NCBI GenBank assembly: GCA_964524645.1
Contig: CAZGEC010000023.1
Coordinates: 618 to 64,617, forward strand
DNA length: 64,000 nucleotides
Direction of reading: 5' to 3'
DNA from: an uncultured Fibrobacteraceae bacterium
GTDB taxonomy: Bacteria > Krumholzibacteriota > Krumholzibacteriia > LZORAL124-64-63
The position numbers and the translations under genes are program-made. This document shows, piece after piece, positions 1 through 8,758 of the stretch. Below the pieces are notes generated by a model that saw nothing but the letters and a program-made list of their open reading frames with translations, was not told the DNA's origin and did not search any database. Every line of letters starts with the position of its first letter. Position 1 is the first letter of the stretch.

Positions 1-111
1 GTCGGAATCGAAGTACAAGCCGAGTCCGTCGGGATACGGATCGAGCTGGGCCGTGGCCTCGCCGCCGACGACCAGGGCGACCAGGACTGCAAGCGTGATC
101 AATCTCTTCAT
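1..111 (-). CDS. Secreted protein, 5' part only (runs off the window start); paralog of 2973..3572
   Basis: Not in the ORF track. Reads MKRLITLAVLVALVVGGEATAQLDPYPDGLGLYFDSD after RBS GAGGAGGAAAGGGC; aligns with MKKLIALAILATLAGGGQATAQVDPLPDGIGMYFDTG of 2973..3572, which has the same RBS context. Confidence 0.8.
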   Translation of the reverse strand, partial: MKRLITLAVLVALVVGGEATAQLDPYPDGLGLYFDSD

Positions 112-235
112 GCCCTTTCCTCCTCGTGCGATTCTGGATGAGAATGGGCCGGAAGCACCTGCCACTCCACGGGTGACAGAACGACATCACCATCCTTGCC
201 TGCCGTCGCCATGGCCCGGCGGCACCGCGACAAAT

Positions 236-290
236 AGGGCGAGATACGGAGCCAGAGGGCGAGATCCTGAAGTCCGTTAAGATTGTAACA
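236..290 (-). promoter_or_regulatory. Extended -10 promoter (TGTTACAAT, 282..290) followed by two ATCTCGCCC direct repeats (257..265, 237..245)
   Basis: Read directly; the same layout recurs at 3698..3750 before the paralogous gene. Confidence 0.6.
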
Positions 291-356
291 TGGCGAGAGT
301 GAGCGTGTCAGCCCCCCTGCGGCGGATATTTCTCCATCCTCCTGGCCGTCCGGCTG

Positions 357-365
357 TGCTAGAAT
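357..365 (+). promoter_or_regulatory. Candidate extended -10 promoter for the radical SAM/GNAT pair
   Basis: TGCTAGAAT matches TGnTAnnnT, 78 bp before the ATG at 444. Confidence 0.4.
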
Positions 366-443
366 GAGACTCTCGCCCGGCTGGGAGGGTGCCGAGGACG
401 CACCTGATTCGCCAGCCATTCTGATCGCCGCTCGGGGTTTCCC

Positions 444-1934
444 ATGCGCATCCTTTTCATTTATCCGGACCTGTCGGTCACGCAGACTCATTACACCGGC
501 GTCATGTCCATGGGCATCGCCGTGCTCTCGGCGGTGCTGCGCGAGGCGGGGCACACCACGACGCTGCTGCATCTGACCGAGACGCCCGTGCAGGCCGAGT
601 TCCAGGCGGCGGTGCGCGAGGCCGACTGCGACCTGGTGGCCTTCTCATGCAACAGCCACTATGCCCGGCGGCTGGCGCAGTGGGTGGAGTGGGCGACCGC
701 GGCCACCTCGGCGCCCATCGCCGTCGGCGGGGTGCACGCCACCGTCGCGCCGGAGACGGTCGCGGCGATTCCCGGGGTGCGGTTCGTCAGCGTGGGCGAG
801 GCTGACGCTGCGCTGCCCGAGCTGTGCGCGTTGCTCGAGCGGGGCGGCGATCCAGCCGCTGTCGCCGGCTTTTGGGTGCGCACCGCTGCAGGCTGGCGGC
901 GTAACCCGTCGCGGCCCTTCCTGGAAGATCTGGACGCAATGCCGGATCCCGATTACGCGCTCTTCGACTTCGCGAACCTCTACAACGTCCGCCGCGGTTA
1001 CTTTCCGTTCATCATGTCACGGGGCTGCGCCTACCGTTGCACGTACTGCTGCTGCGATACCCTGCGGCGCGCGACCGGCGCGGGTGGCCGCTTCTGGCGT
1101 TACCAGAGCCCCGAGCACGCCGTCGCGCAGCTGCGCCGGCAGCTGGATCGCCACGCGGTTCCAATCGAGACCGTCCAGTTCCTCGACGCGATCATGTTCC
1201 CGAACAAGGCGTGGCTGCGCCGCTTCGCCGCCTGCTATCGCGAGAGGATCGGACTGCCGTTCAGCGGCAACCTCCGCGCCGACATGCTGGACGCCGAGGT
1301 CGCCCAGCTGCTGGCCTCGGCGGGCTGCCGTACGCTGCGCTTCGGCGTGGAATCGGGCGATCCCTGGCTGACGCGCGACGTGCTCCACCGACAGCTGACC
1401 ATCCAGGACATTCGCGACGCCTTCGCCGTCCTCGAGGCAACGGGCATCGAGCGCTGGGCCTACAACATGGTCGGGTTGCCGCACGAGGACCTGCGGCGCG
1501 CGCTGGCGACGATCCGGCTCAACGCCGACATCGGCCCGGACCTCGTCATTCCCTTCATCTTCTACCCCTATCCGGGCACGGAGCTGTACACGCTCTGCGA
1601 GCGCAACGGCTGGCTGACCGGGATCGAGTACGACCATTACTTCCAGGGCGTGGTGCTCGCCCAGCCCACCATCAGCCGGGGCGACGTGCTGTTCCTGCAC
1701 CGGTTCTTCCGGCCGCTGGTGCGCCTGTACGGCGTGGCCCGGCACTGGCCCGAGGCCCGGCGGCAGCGGTGGTACGGCCTCGTCGATGCGGTCCTGGCCA
1801 GTCCCCTGCTGCCCCGCGGCGCGATCGCCGCGACCAGGGATCGCTACAAGAGCCTGCGTCACTTGCTGGGCGAGCGCATCCTGAAGCGCTCATCCGGCCT
1901 CTACCGCCTCCTGGGCGGCACCGATCCGGTCTGA
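444..1934 (+). CDS. Cobalamin-binding radical SAM protein (B12-binding domain + radical SAM domain)
   Basis: N-terminal B12-binding-like domain (VGGVHAT, VGEAD), SRGCAYRCTYC (CxxxCxxC), FGVESG, YPYPGT. Confidence 0.85.
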   Translation: MRILFIYPDLSVTQTHYTGVMSMGIAVLSAVLREAGHTTTLLHLTETPVQAEFQAAVREADCDLVAFSCNSHYARRLAQWVEWATAATSAPIAVGGVHATVAPETVAAIPGVRFVSVGEADAALPELCALLERGGDPAAVAGFWVRTAAGWRRNPSRPFLEDLDAMPDPDYALFDFANLYNVRRGYFPFIMSRGCAYRCTYCCCDTLRRATGAGGRFWRYQSPEHAVAQLRRQLDRHAVPIETVQFLDAIMFPNKAWLRRFAACYRERIGLPFSGNLRADMLDAEVAQLLASAGCRTLRFGVESGDPWLTRDVLHRQLTIQDIRDAFAVLEATGIERWAYNMVGLPHEDLRRALATIRLNADIGPDLVIPFIFYPYPGTELYTLCERNGWLTGIEYDHYFQGVVLAQPTISRGDVLFLHRFFRPLVRLYGVARHWPEARRQRWYGLVDAVLASPLLPRGAIAATRDRYKSLRHLLGERILKRSSGLYRLLGGTDPV

Positions 1935-1969
1935 AGGACCACGAAGGGCCCCCGGCGACGAGGAGCCGC

Positions 1970-2896
1970 ATGCGGATCCGGCGGTTCATGCTCGATGGAG
2001 AAGTTGCCCGCACGGCCGCTGCGTGGGCCGGCGACCGAACGTTTTGCCAGCCGGAGTTCGCGGAACTGTGGCGGGCCAAGGGCGGACGGCCGGTGGCCTG
2101 GGTGGCCCGGGAGGGCGACGCCCCGCTGGCCATCCTGCCGGGTGTCGAGTTCGGCCATGCACCCCTGGTTCGCTTCCAGTCCATGCCCGACGGCGGCTAC
2201 GGCGGCGTCCTGCGTTCCGCCAATGTGCCGCCGCGACCGGACGTCGATCGCGAGCTGGTCCGCGCCGTCGCCCGCGCCGGGTACCTGAAGGCGTTCATCG
2301 TCGATTTCTACGGCTCACTCGCCGCCTTTCCCGGTTTCCGGCCCAGCGCGGCCCGGACGACCCTGGTGGACCTCGACTCGCCGTCGTGGATCCCCCAGGA
2401 TCGCAAGCTCGTCTCCCAGGCCCGCAAGGCCGAGCGCGAGGGTATACGGGTCGAGACCCTCGACTGGTCGCGTCACGGCCCCGCCTTTCTCGAGCTGGTC
2501 CGGATCACCGAGCGGCGTCACGGCCGACGGCGACCGTTCTATCCCGACGGGTTCTACCGGGCGCTGGCCGAGCTGGCGGCCCGCAGCGAGCGGATCGAGT
2601 GGGTGATGTGCGAGCACGACGGGCGGCCGGCCTGCTCGCACATCTACCTGCGCGAGCGGCAGACCCTGCAGGGCTGGCAGATCCTCTACGACAAGGATTT
2701 CTCCTTTCTCAAGCCCAACCAGTACATCCGTCTGACCATGTGCCGCGCCATGGCCGCGCGCGGCTGCCGGCACCTGAATCTGGGCGGATCGCCGGCCGAC
2801 GCCCCCGGCCTGACCTACTTCAAGCGACGCTGGGGCGGCCAGCCGCGGACCTACCCGATCTACACCCGGCGCTCGCTGCTCGGGCGAATCCTCTGA
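1970..2896 (+). CDS. GNAT-fold acyltransferase, FemAB/CelD-BcsL-like
   Basis: ATG 1970 after AGGAG; R..RKAER, KPNQY and LNLGGS....GLTYFKRRWGG segments typical of FemAB-like GNATs. The upstream part of ORF 1037..2896 is an out-of-frame overlap with the radical SAM gene. Confidence 0.7.
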   Translation: MRIRRFMLDGEVARTAAAWAGDRTFCQPEFAELWRAKGGRPVAWVAREGDAPLAILPGVEFGHAPLVRFQSMPDGGYGGVLRSANVPPRPDVDRELVRAVARAGYLKAFIVDFYGSLAAFPGFRPSAARTTLVDLDSPSWIPQDRKLVSQARKAEREGIRVETLDWSRHGPAFLELVRITERRHGRRRPFYPDGFYRALAELAARSERIEWVMCEHDGRPACSHIYLRERQTLQGWQILYDKDFSFLKPNQYIRLTMCRAMAARGCRHLNLGGSPADAPGLTYFKRRWGGQPRTYPIYTRRSLLGRIL

Positions 2897-2972
2897 TCTA
2901 CAGGCTGCGGGGAGGATGGCCCTGCGACCATCCGGCGACTTCTCCGGGTTCCCCGGTGGAGAGGTGTGAGCC

Positions 2973-3572
2973 CTACCTGTACAGCGCCTTGATGGAGCCG
3001 AAGCTGGACTTCGCGCTGGGGAATGTATGGCAAGGGTCGGTCCAGCTTGGATTCAAGAAGGCCACTGGGAGTTCGGGATAGCCGAAGATCGTGTGCAGCG
3101 GAATCACGATACCCGGATCGTCGCCGACCCTGTATGCCGGAAGCCCCGGGATCGAGGGGTTGTCTGCATGGTCCAGGTAAAAGCGGACGGTTGTTACGTT
3201 GAAGACAAGGATCTGGTAAGTCGCCAGCAGCATGATCGGAGCATTCGGCATTGGCGTCGCCAGGCTGACCACGAAGTCGGGCGCCGTGCTCGCGTTCGAG
3301 GAGCCCGCGGGCAGGACCCAGCCGAGCTCGTAGTCGCCGGGTGGGACCGTGTACGTCACGTGGCATTCCCAGCCCGAGATGCCCGACGGCTGGCTGCAAT
3401 GGGTCAGGATCAGGTAGACCTCCGCCAGACCGCCCACGAAGTCCAGGCAATACTCCGTGGCGCCGGTGTCGAAGTACATGCCGATGCCGTCGGGAAGCGG
3501 GTCGACCTGGGCCGTGGCCTGGCCGCCGCCGGCCAGGGTGGCAAGGATTGCCAGCGCGATCAGCTTCTTCAT
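2973..3572 (-). CDS. Secreted protein (199 aa) with C-terminal SFGSIKALYR motif
   Basis: RBS GAGGAGG, signal peptide MKKLIALAILATLAGGGQATA, beta-rich body, motif at the extreme C-terminus. Confidence 0.8.
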   Translation of the reverse strand: MKKLIALAILATLAGGGQATAQVDPLPDGIGMYFDTGATEYCLDFVGGLAEVYLILTHCSQPSGISGWECHVTYTVPPGDYELGWVLPAGSSNASTAPDFVVSLATPMPNAPIMLLATYQILVFNVTTVRFYLDHADNPSIPGLPAYRVGDDPGIVIPLHTIFGYPELPVAFLNPSWTDPCHTFPSAKSSFGSIKALYR

Positions 3573-3697
3573 GCCATTTCCTCCTCGTATGGGCCATGCA
3601 CGAGACCCGACCGGCGGTGCGCGGCGCTCCACATGTGCCGAATGGTCTGGCCTTTCTGGCGTGCCGCTGACATAACCCGACAACGCCGCGAGGGCCC

Positions 3698-3750
3698 GGG
3701 CGAGATCGTGAGGAAACGGGCGAGATGTTGCAGCCGGCTAGAGTGTAGCA
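3698..3750 (-). promoter_or_regulatory. Extended -10 promoter (TGCTACACT, 3742..3750) followed by two ATCTCGCCC direct repeats (3718..3726, 3698..3706)
   Basis: Read directly; 20 bp repeat period, identical to the site at 237..265. Confidence 0.6.
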
Positions 3751-3903
3751 CGGATTGACCATGATTTTCAGCATTCTTCCTGCTGATCGAGCGCTCGCCG
3801 ATTGAAGATCGACGGGCGGCCGTGCTAGGATCCGCCGGCTTGCCTGGCCGACGACAGCACGGACCAGGGAGTCTGCCTGGCGCCACATCAGGGGAGGGGA
3901 TTC

Positions 3904-4371
3904 GTGAAGCGGACACTGCAGTCCGGTGAGGTCGACCAGGGGCGGCGGGCCTTCCTGGATACCCTGCTCGGCCTCGGCTTCCTCTCCACGGCGATCGCTG
4001 CCCTCTACCCGATCTGGCGCTACCTGGTCCCGCCGGCCGTCGCCGAGTCCTCGGCCGTTAGCGTGACGGCGGCCAAGGCGTCGGCCATGAACCCGAACTC
4101 CGCCGTGGTCTTCCGGTTCGGCAGCAAACCCGCCATCCTCGTGCGCACGCCGGACGGAGACTTCCGCGCCTTCACCGCCGTCTGCACCCACCTCGGCTGC
4201 ACCGTGCAGTACCGCAGCGATCACGCCGACATCTGGTGCCCGTGCCACAACGGCATCTACGACCTCGGCGGCAACGTCGTGTCGGGCCCACCGCCGCGAC
4301 CGCTCGAGCAGTTCACGGTGAACCTGCGCGGCGAGGGCGACGAGACCGAGGTGGTCGTGTCGCGGACCTGA
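3904..4371 (+). CDS. qcrA: Rieske [2Fe-2S] subunit of a Rieske/cytochrome b complex
   Basis: Tat-like GRRAFL plus TM helix; CTHLGC and CPCH boxes; GPPPRPL. Confidence 0.9.
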   Translation: MKRTLQSGEVDQGRRAFLDTLLGLGFLSTAIAALYPIWRYLVPPAVAESSAVSVTAAKASAMNPNSAVVFRFGSKPAILVRTPDGDFRAFTAVCTHLGCTVQYRSDHADIWCPCHNGIYDLGGNVVSGPPPRPLEQFTVNLRGEGDETEVVVSRT

Positions 4372-4384
4372 ACGGGAGGCTGGC

Positions 4385-5479
4385 ATGGTGCGCGGCCGCG
4401 TGGTCGCCTGGCTGGATGAGCGGCTGGACCTCGAGCCCATCCGGCATTTCGCCGCCGAGAAGGGCGTGCCGGTGCATGCCCACAAGGTCTGGTACTACCT
4501 CGGCGGGATGACGCTCTTCCTCGTGGGCGTGCAGGTCGCGACCGGCATCTTGCTGCTGCTCTACTACCGGCCTAGCGCGGACCACGCCTACGAAAGCGTG
4601 CAGTTCATCGTCTCCCAGGTGCAGTTCGGCTGGCTGATCCGCAACATCCACAGCTGGTCGGCCAACTTGCTGATCGCGCTCGCCTTCGCCCACATGTTCA
4701 GCGTGTTCTTCCTGAAGTCCTATCGCAAGCCGCGCGAGCTGACCTGGGTGAGCGGCGTGCTGCTGCTGTTCCTGATGCTGGCCTTCGGCTTCAGCGGCTA
4801 CCTGCTGCCGTGGAACGAGCTGGCCTTCTTCGCCACGAAGGTGGGCACGGGCATCGCCGGCTCCGTACCGTTCGTCGGCCACTTTCTCTTGCGTTTCCTG
4901 CGCGGGGGCGACGACGTGACGGGCGCGACGCTGACGCGGTTCTACGGCTTCCACGTGGCCGTGCTGCCCGCGACCATGACGCTGCTGCTGCTGCTGCACC
5001 TGCTGCTCGTGCAGCGGCAGGGCATGAGCGTGCCGATCGGCATCGAGAAGGCGCTGCGGCCGGGTGAACGGATCAAGCAGATGCCGTTCTTCCCGAACTA
5101 CGTGCTGCGCGACCTGCTGGCGTGGTACGTGGCCCTGGCGGCGCTGGCCGCGCTGGCCGCCCTCTTCCCCTGGGAGTTGGGGCTCAAGGCGGACCCGTTC
5201 GCCTCGGTGCCAGCCGGCATCCGGCCCGAGTGGTACTTCCTGGCGATGTTCCAGACGCTCAAGCTGCTGCCCGGTCACATCCTCTTCTTCGAGGGGGAGC
5301 AGCTGGGCGTCGTCGGGTTCGGGCTCGCCGGTCTCCTGCTGCTGGGCGTGCCGTTCCTGGACCGGCGGGCCAATCGGGGCGAGCCGAGCCGGCCCTTCAC
5401 ACTGGTGGGCCTGCTGGCGCTGGCCTACTTCATCGTCTTCACGATCTACGGCTATCTGGCCGCCGTGGCGCAGACCTAG
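4385..5479 (+). CDS. qcrB: Cytochrome b (b6-like N-terminus fused to a subunit-IV-like C-terminus)
   Basis: Four heme His (IHSW, AHMF, FHVA, LHLL), YLLPW, PEWY motif. Confidence 0.9.
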   Translation: MVRGRVVAWLDERLDLEPIRHFAAEKGVPVHAHKVWYYLGGMTLFLVGVQVATGILLLLYYRPSADHAYESVQFIVSQVQFGWLIRNIHSWSANLLIALAFAHMFSVFFLKSYRKPRELTWVSGVLLLFLMLAFGFSGYLLPWNELAFFATKVGTGIAGSVPFVGHFLLRFLRGGDDVTGATLTRFYGFHVAVLPATMTLLLLLHLLLVQRQGMSVPIGIEKALRPGERIKQMPFFPNYVLRDLLAWYVALAALAALAALFPWELGLKADPFASVPAGIRPEWYFLAMFQTLKLLPGHILFFEGEQLGVVGFGLAGLLLLGVPFLDRRANRGEPSRPFTLVGLLALAYFIVFTIYGYLAAVAQT

Positions 5480-5496
5480 GTGGACGGGGACGAGCG

Positions 5497-6789
5497 ATGG
5501 ATATCAGACATGCAGGTGCGCGGCTCGTGGCCCTGGCGGCAGCAGGCGTCGTCCTGGCCGGTGCGATCCCCGCGGCGGCGCAGCAGATCCCGCCGGCCGT
5601 CGACAATGGCTGCGTCCAGTGCCATCGCGGCCTGGACGAGGAGACCCTCTCCGCCCCGGCGCAGCAGGAGCCAGGTGACGTCCACGGATCCCGCGGCTTC
5701 ACCTGCGTGGACTGTCACGGCGGCGATCCGACGACGGACGACCCGGACCTGGCCATGGATCCGGCGCGCGGCTTTCGCGGCGCGCCCGCCGGCGAAGCCA
5801 TCATCGCGACCTGCGCGCGCTGCCACAGCGATGCTGCCTTCATGCGGCGCTACGCGCCGCGCCAGCGCGTGGACCAGGCCGCCGAGTACCGGACGAGCAT
5901 CCACGGCCAGCGTCTGGCGAAGGGCGATCGCAAGGTCGCCACCTGCATCAGCTGTCATGGCGCCCATGGAATCCGGCGCGTGAGCGACGCCCAGTCGCCC
6001 GTTTTCGCGCTCAACGTGGCCAGCACCTGCGCCCGCTGCCATGCTGACGCCGGCTACATGCAGGGCTACAAGCTGCCCGATGGCGAGCCCCTGCCGACCG
6101 ATCAGTACGCGGAGTACATCAAGAGCGTCCACTACCAGACCCTCACCGTCGGAAACGACCTTTCGGCGCCCACCTGCAACGATTGCCACGGCAACCACGG
6201 GGCCGCGCCGCCCGGCGTGGAGTCGGTGGCCAACGTGTGCGGCACCTGCCATGCGGTCTTCGAGACCCGTTTCCTCACGAGCGCCCACAGCGAGCTCTTC
6301 ACCTGCACCCAGTGTCACAGCAACCATGACGTGCAGCCCGCGTCCGACGCCATGCTGGGCACCCAGCCCCCCGCCCTGTGCGTCGAATGCCACGAGGAGG
6401 GCGACAGCGGTTTCGCGGCCGCCCGCATCATGCGCGCCGACATCGATTCCCTGAAGTCCGCCATCGGCTCGTCCAGCGCGATGATCGCCCGCGCAACGAA
6501 TGCCGGCATGGAGCTGGGCGACCAGGCGCTCGCGCTCGACGCGGCCCGCAACCAGCTCAGCCTCGCGCGCACCATGGTGCACACCTTCAATCCGGTCCAG
6601 GTCGACACAGTGGTGCTGAAGGGGCTCGTCATCACCGAGCAGGTCGATGAGGCGGGCGTGGCGGCCCTCGGCGAGGTCCACCACCGGCGCGTCGGCCTGG
6701 TCATCTCGCTCGCGGCCATCCTCCTGGTGGTCGTGGCGCTCGCCTGGAAGATCCGCCAGCTCGACCGCACCCGCGGCGTGCAGCACTGA
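5497..6789 (+). CDS. Membrane-anchored nonaheme cytochrome c
   Basis: Signal peptide; 9 CxxCH motifs (CVQCH, CVDCH, CARCH, CISCH, CARCH, CNDCH, CGTCH, CTQCH, CVECH); helical stalk; C-terminal TM helix. Confidence 0.85.
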   Translation: MDIRHAGARLVALAAAGVVLAGAIPAAAQQIPPAVDNGCVQCHRGLDEETLSAPAQQEPGDVHGSRGFTCVDCHGGDPTTDDPDLAMDPARGFRGAPAGEAIIATCARCHSDAAFMRRYAPRQRVDQAAEYRTSIHGQRLAKGDRKVATCISCHGAHGIRRVSDAQSPVFALNVASTCARCHADAGYMQGYKLPDGEPLPTDQYAEYIKSVHYQTLTVGNDLSAPTCNDCHGNHGAAPPGVESVANVCGTCHAVFETRFLTSAHSELFTCTQCHSNHDVQPASDAMLGTQPPALCVECHEEGDSGFAAARIMRADIDSLKSAIGSSSAMIARATNAGMELGDQALALDAARNQLSLARTMVHTFNPVQVDTVVLKGLVITEQVDEAGVAALGEVHHRRVGLVISLAAILLVVVALAWKIRQLDRTRGVQH

Positions 6790-6874
6790 CGGCAGGCGCC
6801 GGCGGCTGGCCCCCGGGCGGCCTGCCGGGGAAAAACCCCATTGCTCGGACTTGCGAAACTAAATCGAGGTCACC

Positions 6875-8758
6875 TCACCTGATCAGTGTCAGGCGGTCGG
6901 TGCCAACCTCGGTGCCGGCCTGGATCCGGTAGAAGTACACACCGGAAGGGATCGGCCGTCCAATCGCGTCGAGACCGCGCCAGATCACCTCGTGCCTGCC
7001 CGCCGCGCGACGCTCCTGCAACAGCGTGACCAGGAGCCTGCCGGCGAGCGTGTACACGGTCACGGTGACGTCCGCCGCCGTCGGCAGATCGAAGGCGATG
7101 ACCGTGGCCGGATTGAAGGGATTGGGGTAGTTCCCGTGCAGGGCGAAGCAGGCGGGCGCCGCAGCCGCCACGGGAGAGAGCGTGTCGATGGTCAGGGTCG
7201 TCGTGTCCTCGTCGTTCAGCCCCTCGCTGTCGATGACGCGCAGCAGGACCGGCAAAGGGGTGTCGGTCGCCAGATTGGCCAGGAACGCCCAGGGGACCAG
7301 GGGTGTGGACCCGGTGAAGTCGAAGCTGCCATTGTCGTCCAGATCCCAGAAGAAGCTGAGGGTGTCGCCACACGGCTCGTTGATATCGGATGCCGAGCCC
7401 GTGAGCTGGAGGTCCTCGCCAGCCTCGATTTCGTAGGGGCCGCCGGCGTCGGCCACGGGTGCATCGTTGGGCATGGTCAGGACCCTGATCTGTACCGCAT
7501 TGGTATCGCTCAATAGGAGGCCATCCACGATCTGCAAGGTGGCGGTGTAATCTCCGGCCAGCAGGTAGCGATGGACCGGTGTACTGAGCGGATCGGCGGT
7601 CGTGTAATCCGGATCCGCGCTGGTATCCCACCACAGCCCGTCGCTGGCATCGAAATCCCAGTTGTAGGCGATGATGTCCGCACCACAGACCTCTGAACTG
7701 CTGCTGCCGTGATTGAAGTACACGTTGCCGAACGTCTCCCCGGCGCATCCCTCCAGCACCTCCGGAGGGGAGGCGCTGGCTACGGCGACCGGCGGTGGCG
7801 GCAGCGGCGTCTCTGGCCAGGCGCCGATGAGATCACACTCGGGATTCGGGGGGTTGGACGGATAGCAGGGAGAGGCGGCACTGATGTACAGCTCGGGCGA
7901 GAAGGGGTCGCAGAACAGCGGGTCGAGCTGGATGTTGCCGTTGATACCTAGCTGACCGGCGGCCGGGCCGACCCAGTTGCCCAGATCGTTGCCATAGAAG
8001 TCACAGCAGGTGATACCCGAGATGGTTCCGCCACCGCCAAAGTAAAGCCCGAACCCGTTCGTGGTGAACGCGATGATGGTCTGGCTCAGAGCGACGCTGG
8101 CGGACTGGACGAAGATTGCACAGGCCTCGGAGCTGGAAGCGGTGCACGAGTTGTGGGCGAAGGAGCAGCTCTCGAAGCTCGGAATGTACGGAGGGGAGGC
8201 GCCCGCGACCCGGACGATGCTCCGCTGGGACGAGACGTTGTTCCAGAACGTGCAGCGCAGGATATGGGGCCAGGCGTATTCGCACGCCATGGCGGCTCCG
8301 GTCGCGGAACCCAGCGCCGAGTTGCTCTGGAGTATGCAGTCCTGGATGGTGGGGCTGGCCCCGTTGTAGCAGTAGATCGCGCCACCCGAGCCATTGCCGA
8401 GGTAGGCGTTCTCGATGGTGACCCCGCCCAGGGTCGCCCCCGAGGTGCTCCCGCCCGTGATGATGAAGCCACGATGAGGCGAGCTGCTCGAACCCTGGCA
8501 GTCGATGATGCACTGCGGGGCTTGGCCGCTCTGCGACAGGATGACGATGGCTCGGGCCAGGCTGATGTCCCGGTTGCCAGCTCCCTGGAACACGCCATCG
8601 GCCAGCAGGATCGTATCGCCGGGGGCGACGGCGTTGACGGCGAGCTGGATGTTGGGGTAGCTACCGCTGCCGTCGGGTTCGACCACGTGGACACTGCCCA
8701 AGGCCAACGAGGCAGCGCCGATCAGGGCCATCGCGGCCAGAATCGATGCTTTGTGCAT
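6875..8758 (-). CDS. Secreted protein: parallel beta-helix repeats + PKD-like Ig domains + FlgD-Ig/T9SS-type-A-like C-terminal domain
   Basis: Signal peptide; GGAIYC-type repeats; YNWDFD and VADAGGPY PKD-like motifs; NYPNPFNP...SGVYFYRI C-terminal domain. Confidence 0.75.
   Translation of the reverse strand: MHKASILAAMALIGAASLALGSVHVVEPDGSGSYPNIQLAVNAVAPGDTILLADGVFQGAGNRDISLARAIVILSQSGQAPQCIIDCQGSSSSPHRGFIITGGSTSGATLGGVTIENAYLGNGSGGAIYCYNGASPTIQDCILQSNSALGSATGAAMACEYAWPHILRCTFWNNVSSQRSIVRVAGASPPYIPSFESCSFAHNSCTASSSEACAIFVQSASVALSQTIIAFTTNGFGLYFGGGGTISGITCCDFYGNDLGNWVGPAAGQLGINGNIQLDPLFCDPFSPELYISAASPCYPSNPPNPECDLIGAWPETPLPPPPVAVASASPPEVLEGCAGETFGNVYFNHGSSSSEVCGADIIAYNWDFDASDGLWWDTSADPDYTTADPLSTPVHRYLLAGDYTATLQIVDGLLLSDTNAVQIRVLTMPNDAPVADAGGPYEIEAGEDLQLTGSASDINEPCGDTLSFFWDLDDNGSFDFTGSTPLVPWAFLANLATDTPLPVLLRVIDSEGLNDEDTTTLTIDTLSPVAAAAPACFALHGNYPNPFNPATVIAFDLPTAADVTVTVYTLAGRLLVTLLQERRAAGRHEVIWRGLDAIGRPIPSGVYFYRIQAGTEVGTDRLTLIR

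Noticed and set aside
2860-4485. Long ORFs antisense or out of frame to real genes (also 5476..6786, 14281..16332, 16489..18561, 18769..20364, 23604..25925, 27643..29379, 35625..37583, 40357..42894, 44458..46050, 52535..54808)
   Set aside because: Typical high-GC shadow ORFs: Arg/Pro/Gly/Ala-rich, no family motifs, and they mirror well-supported genes
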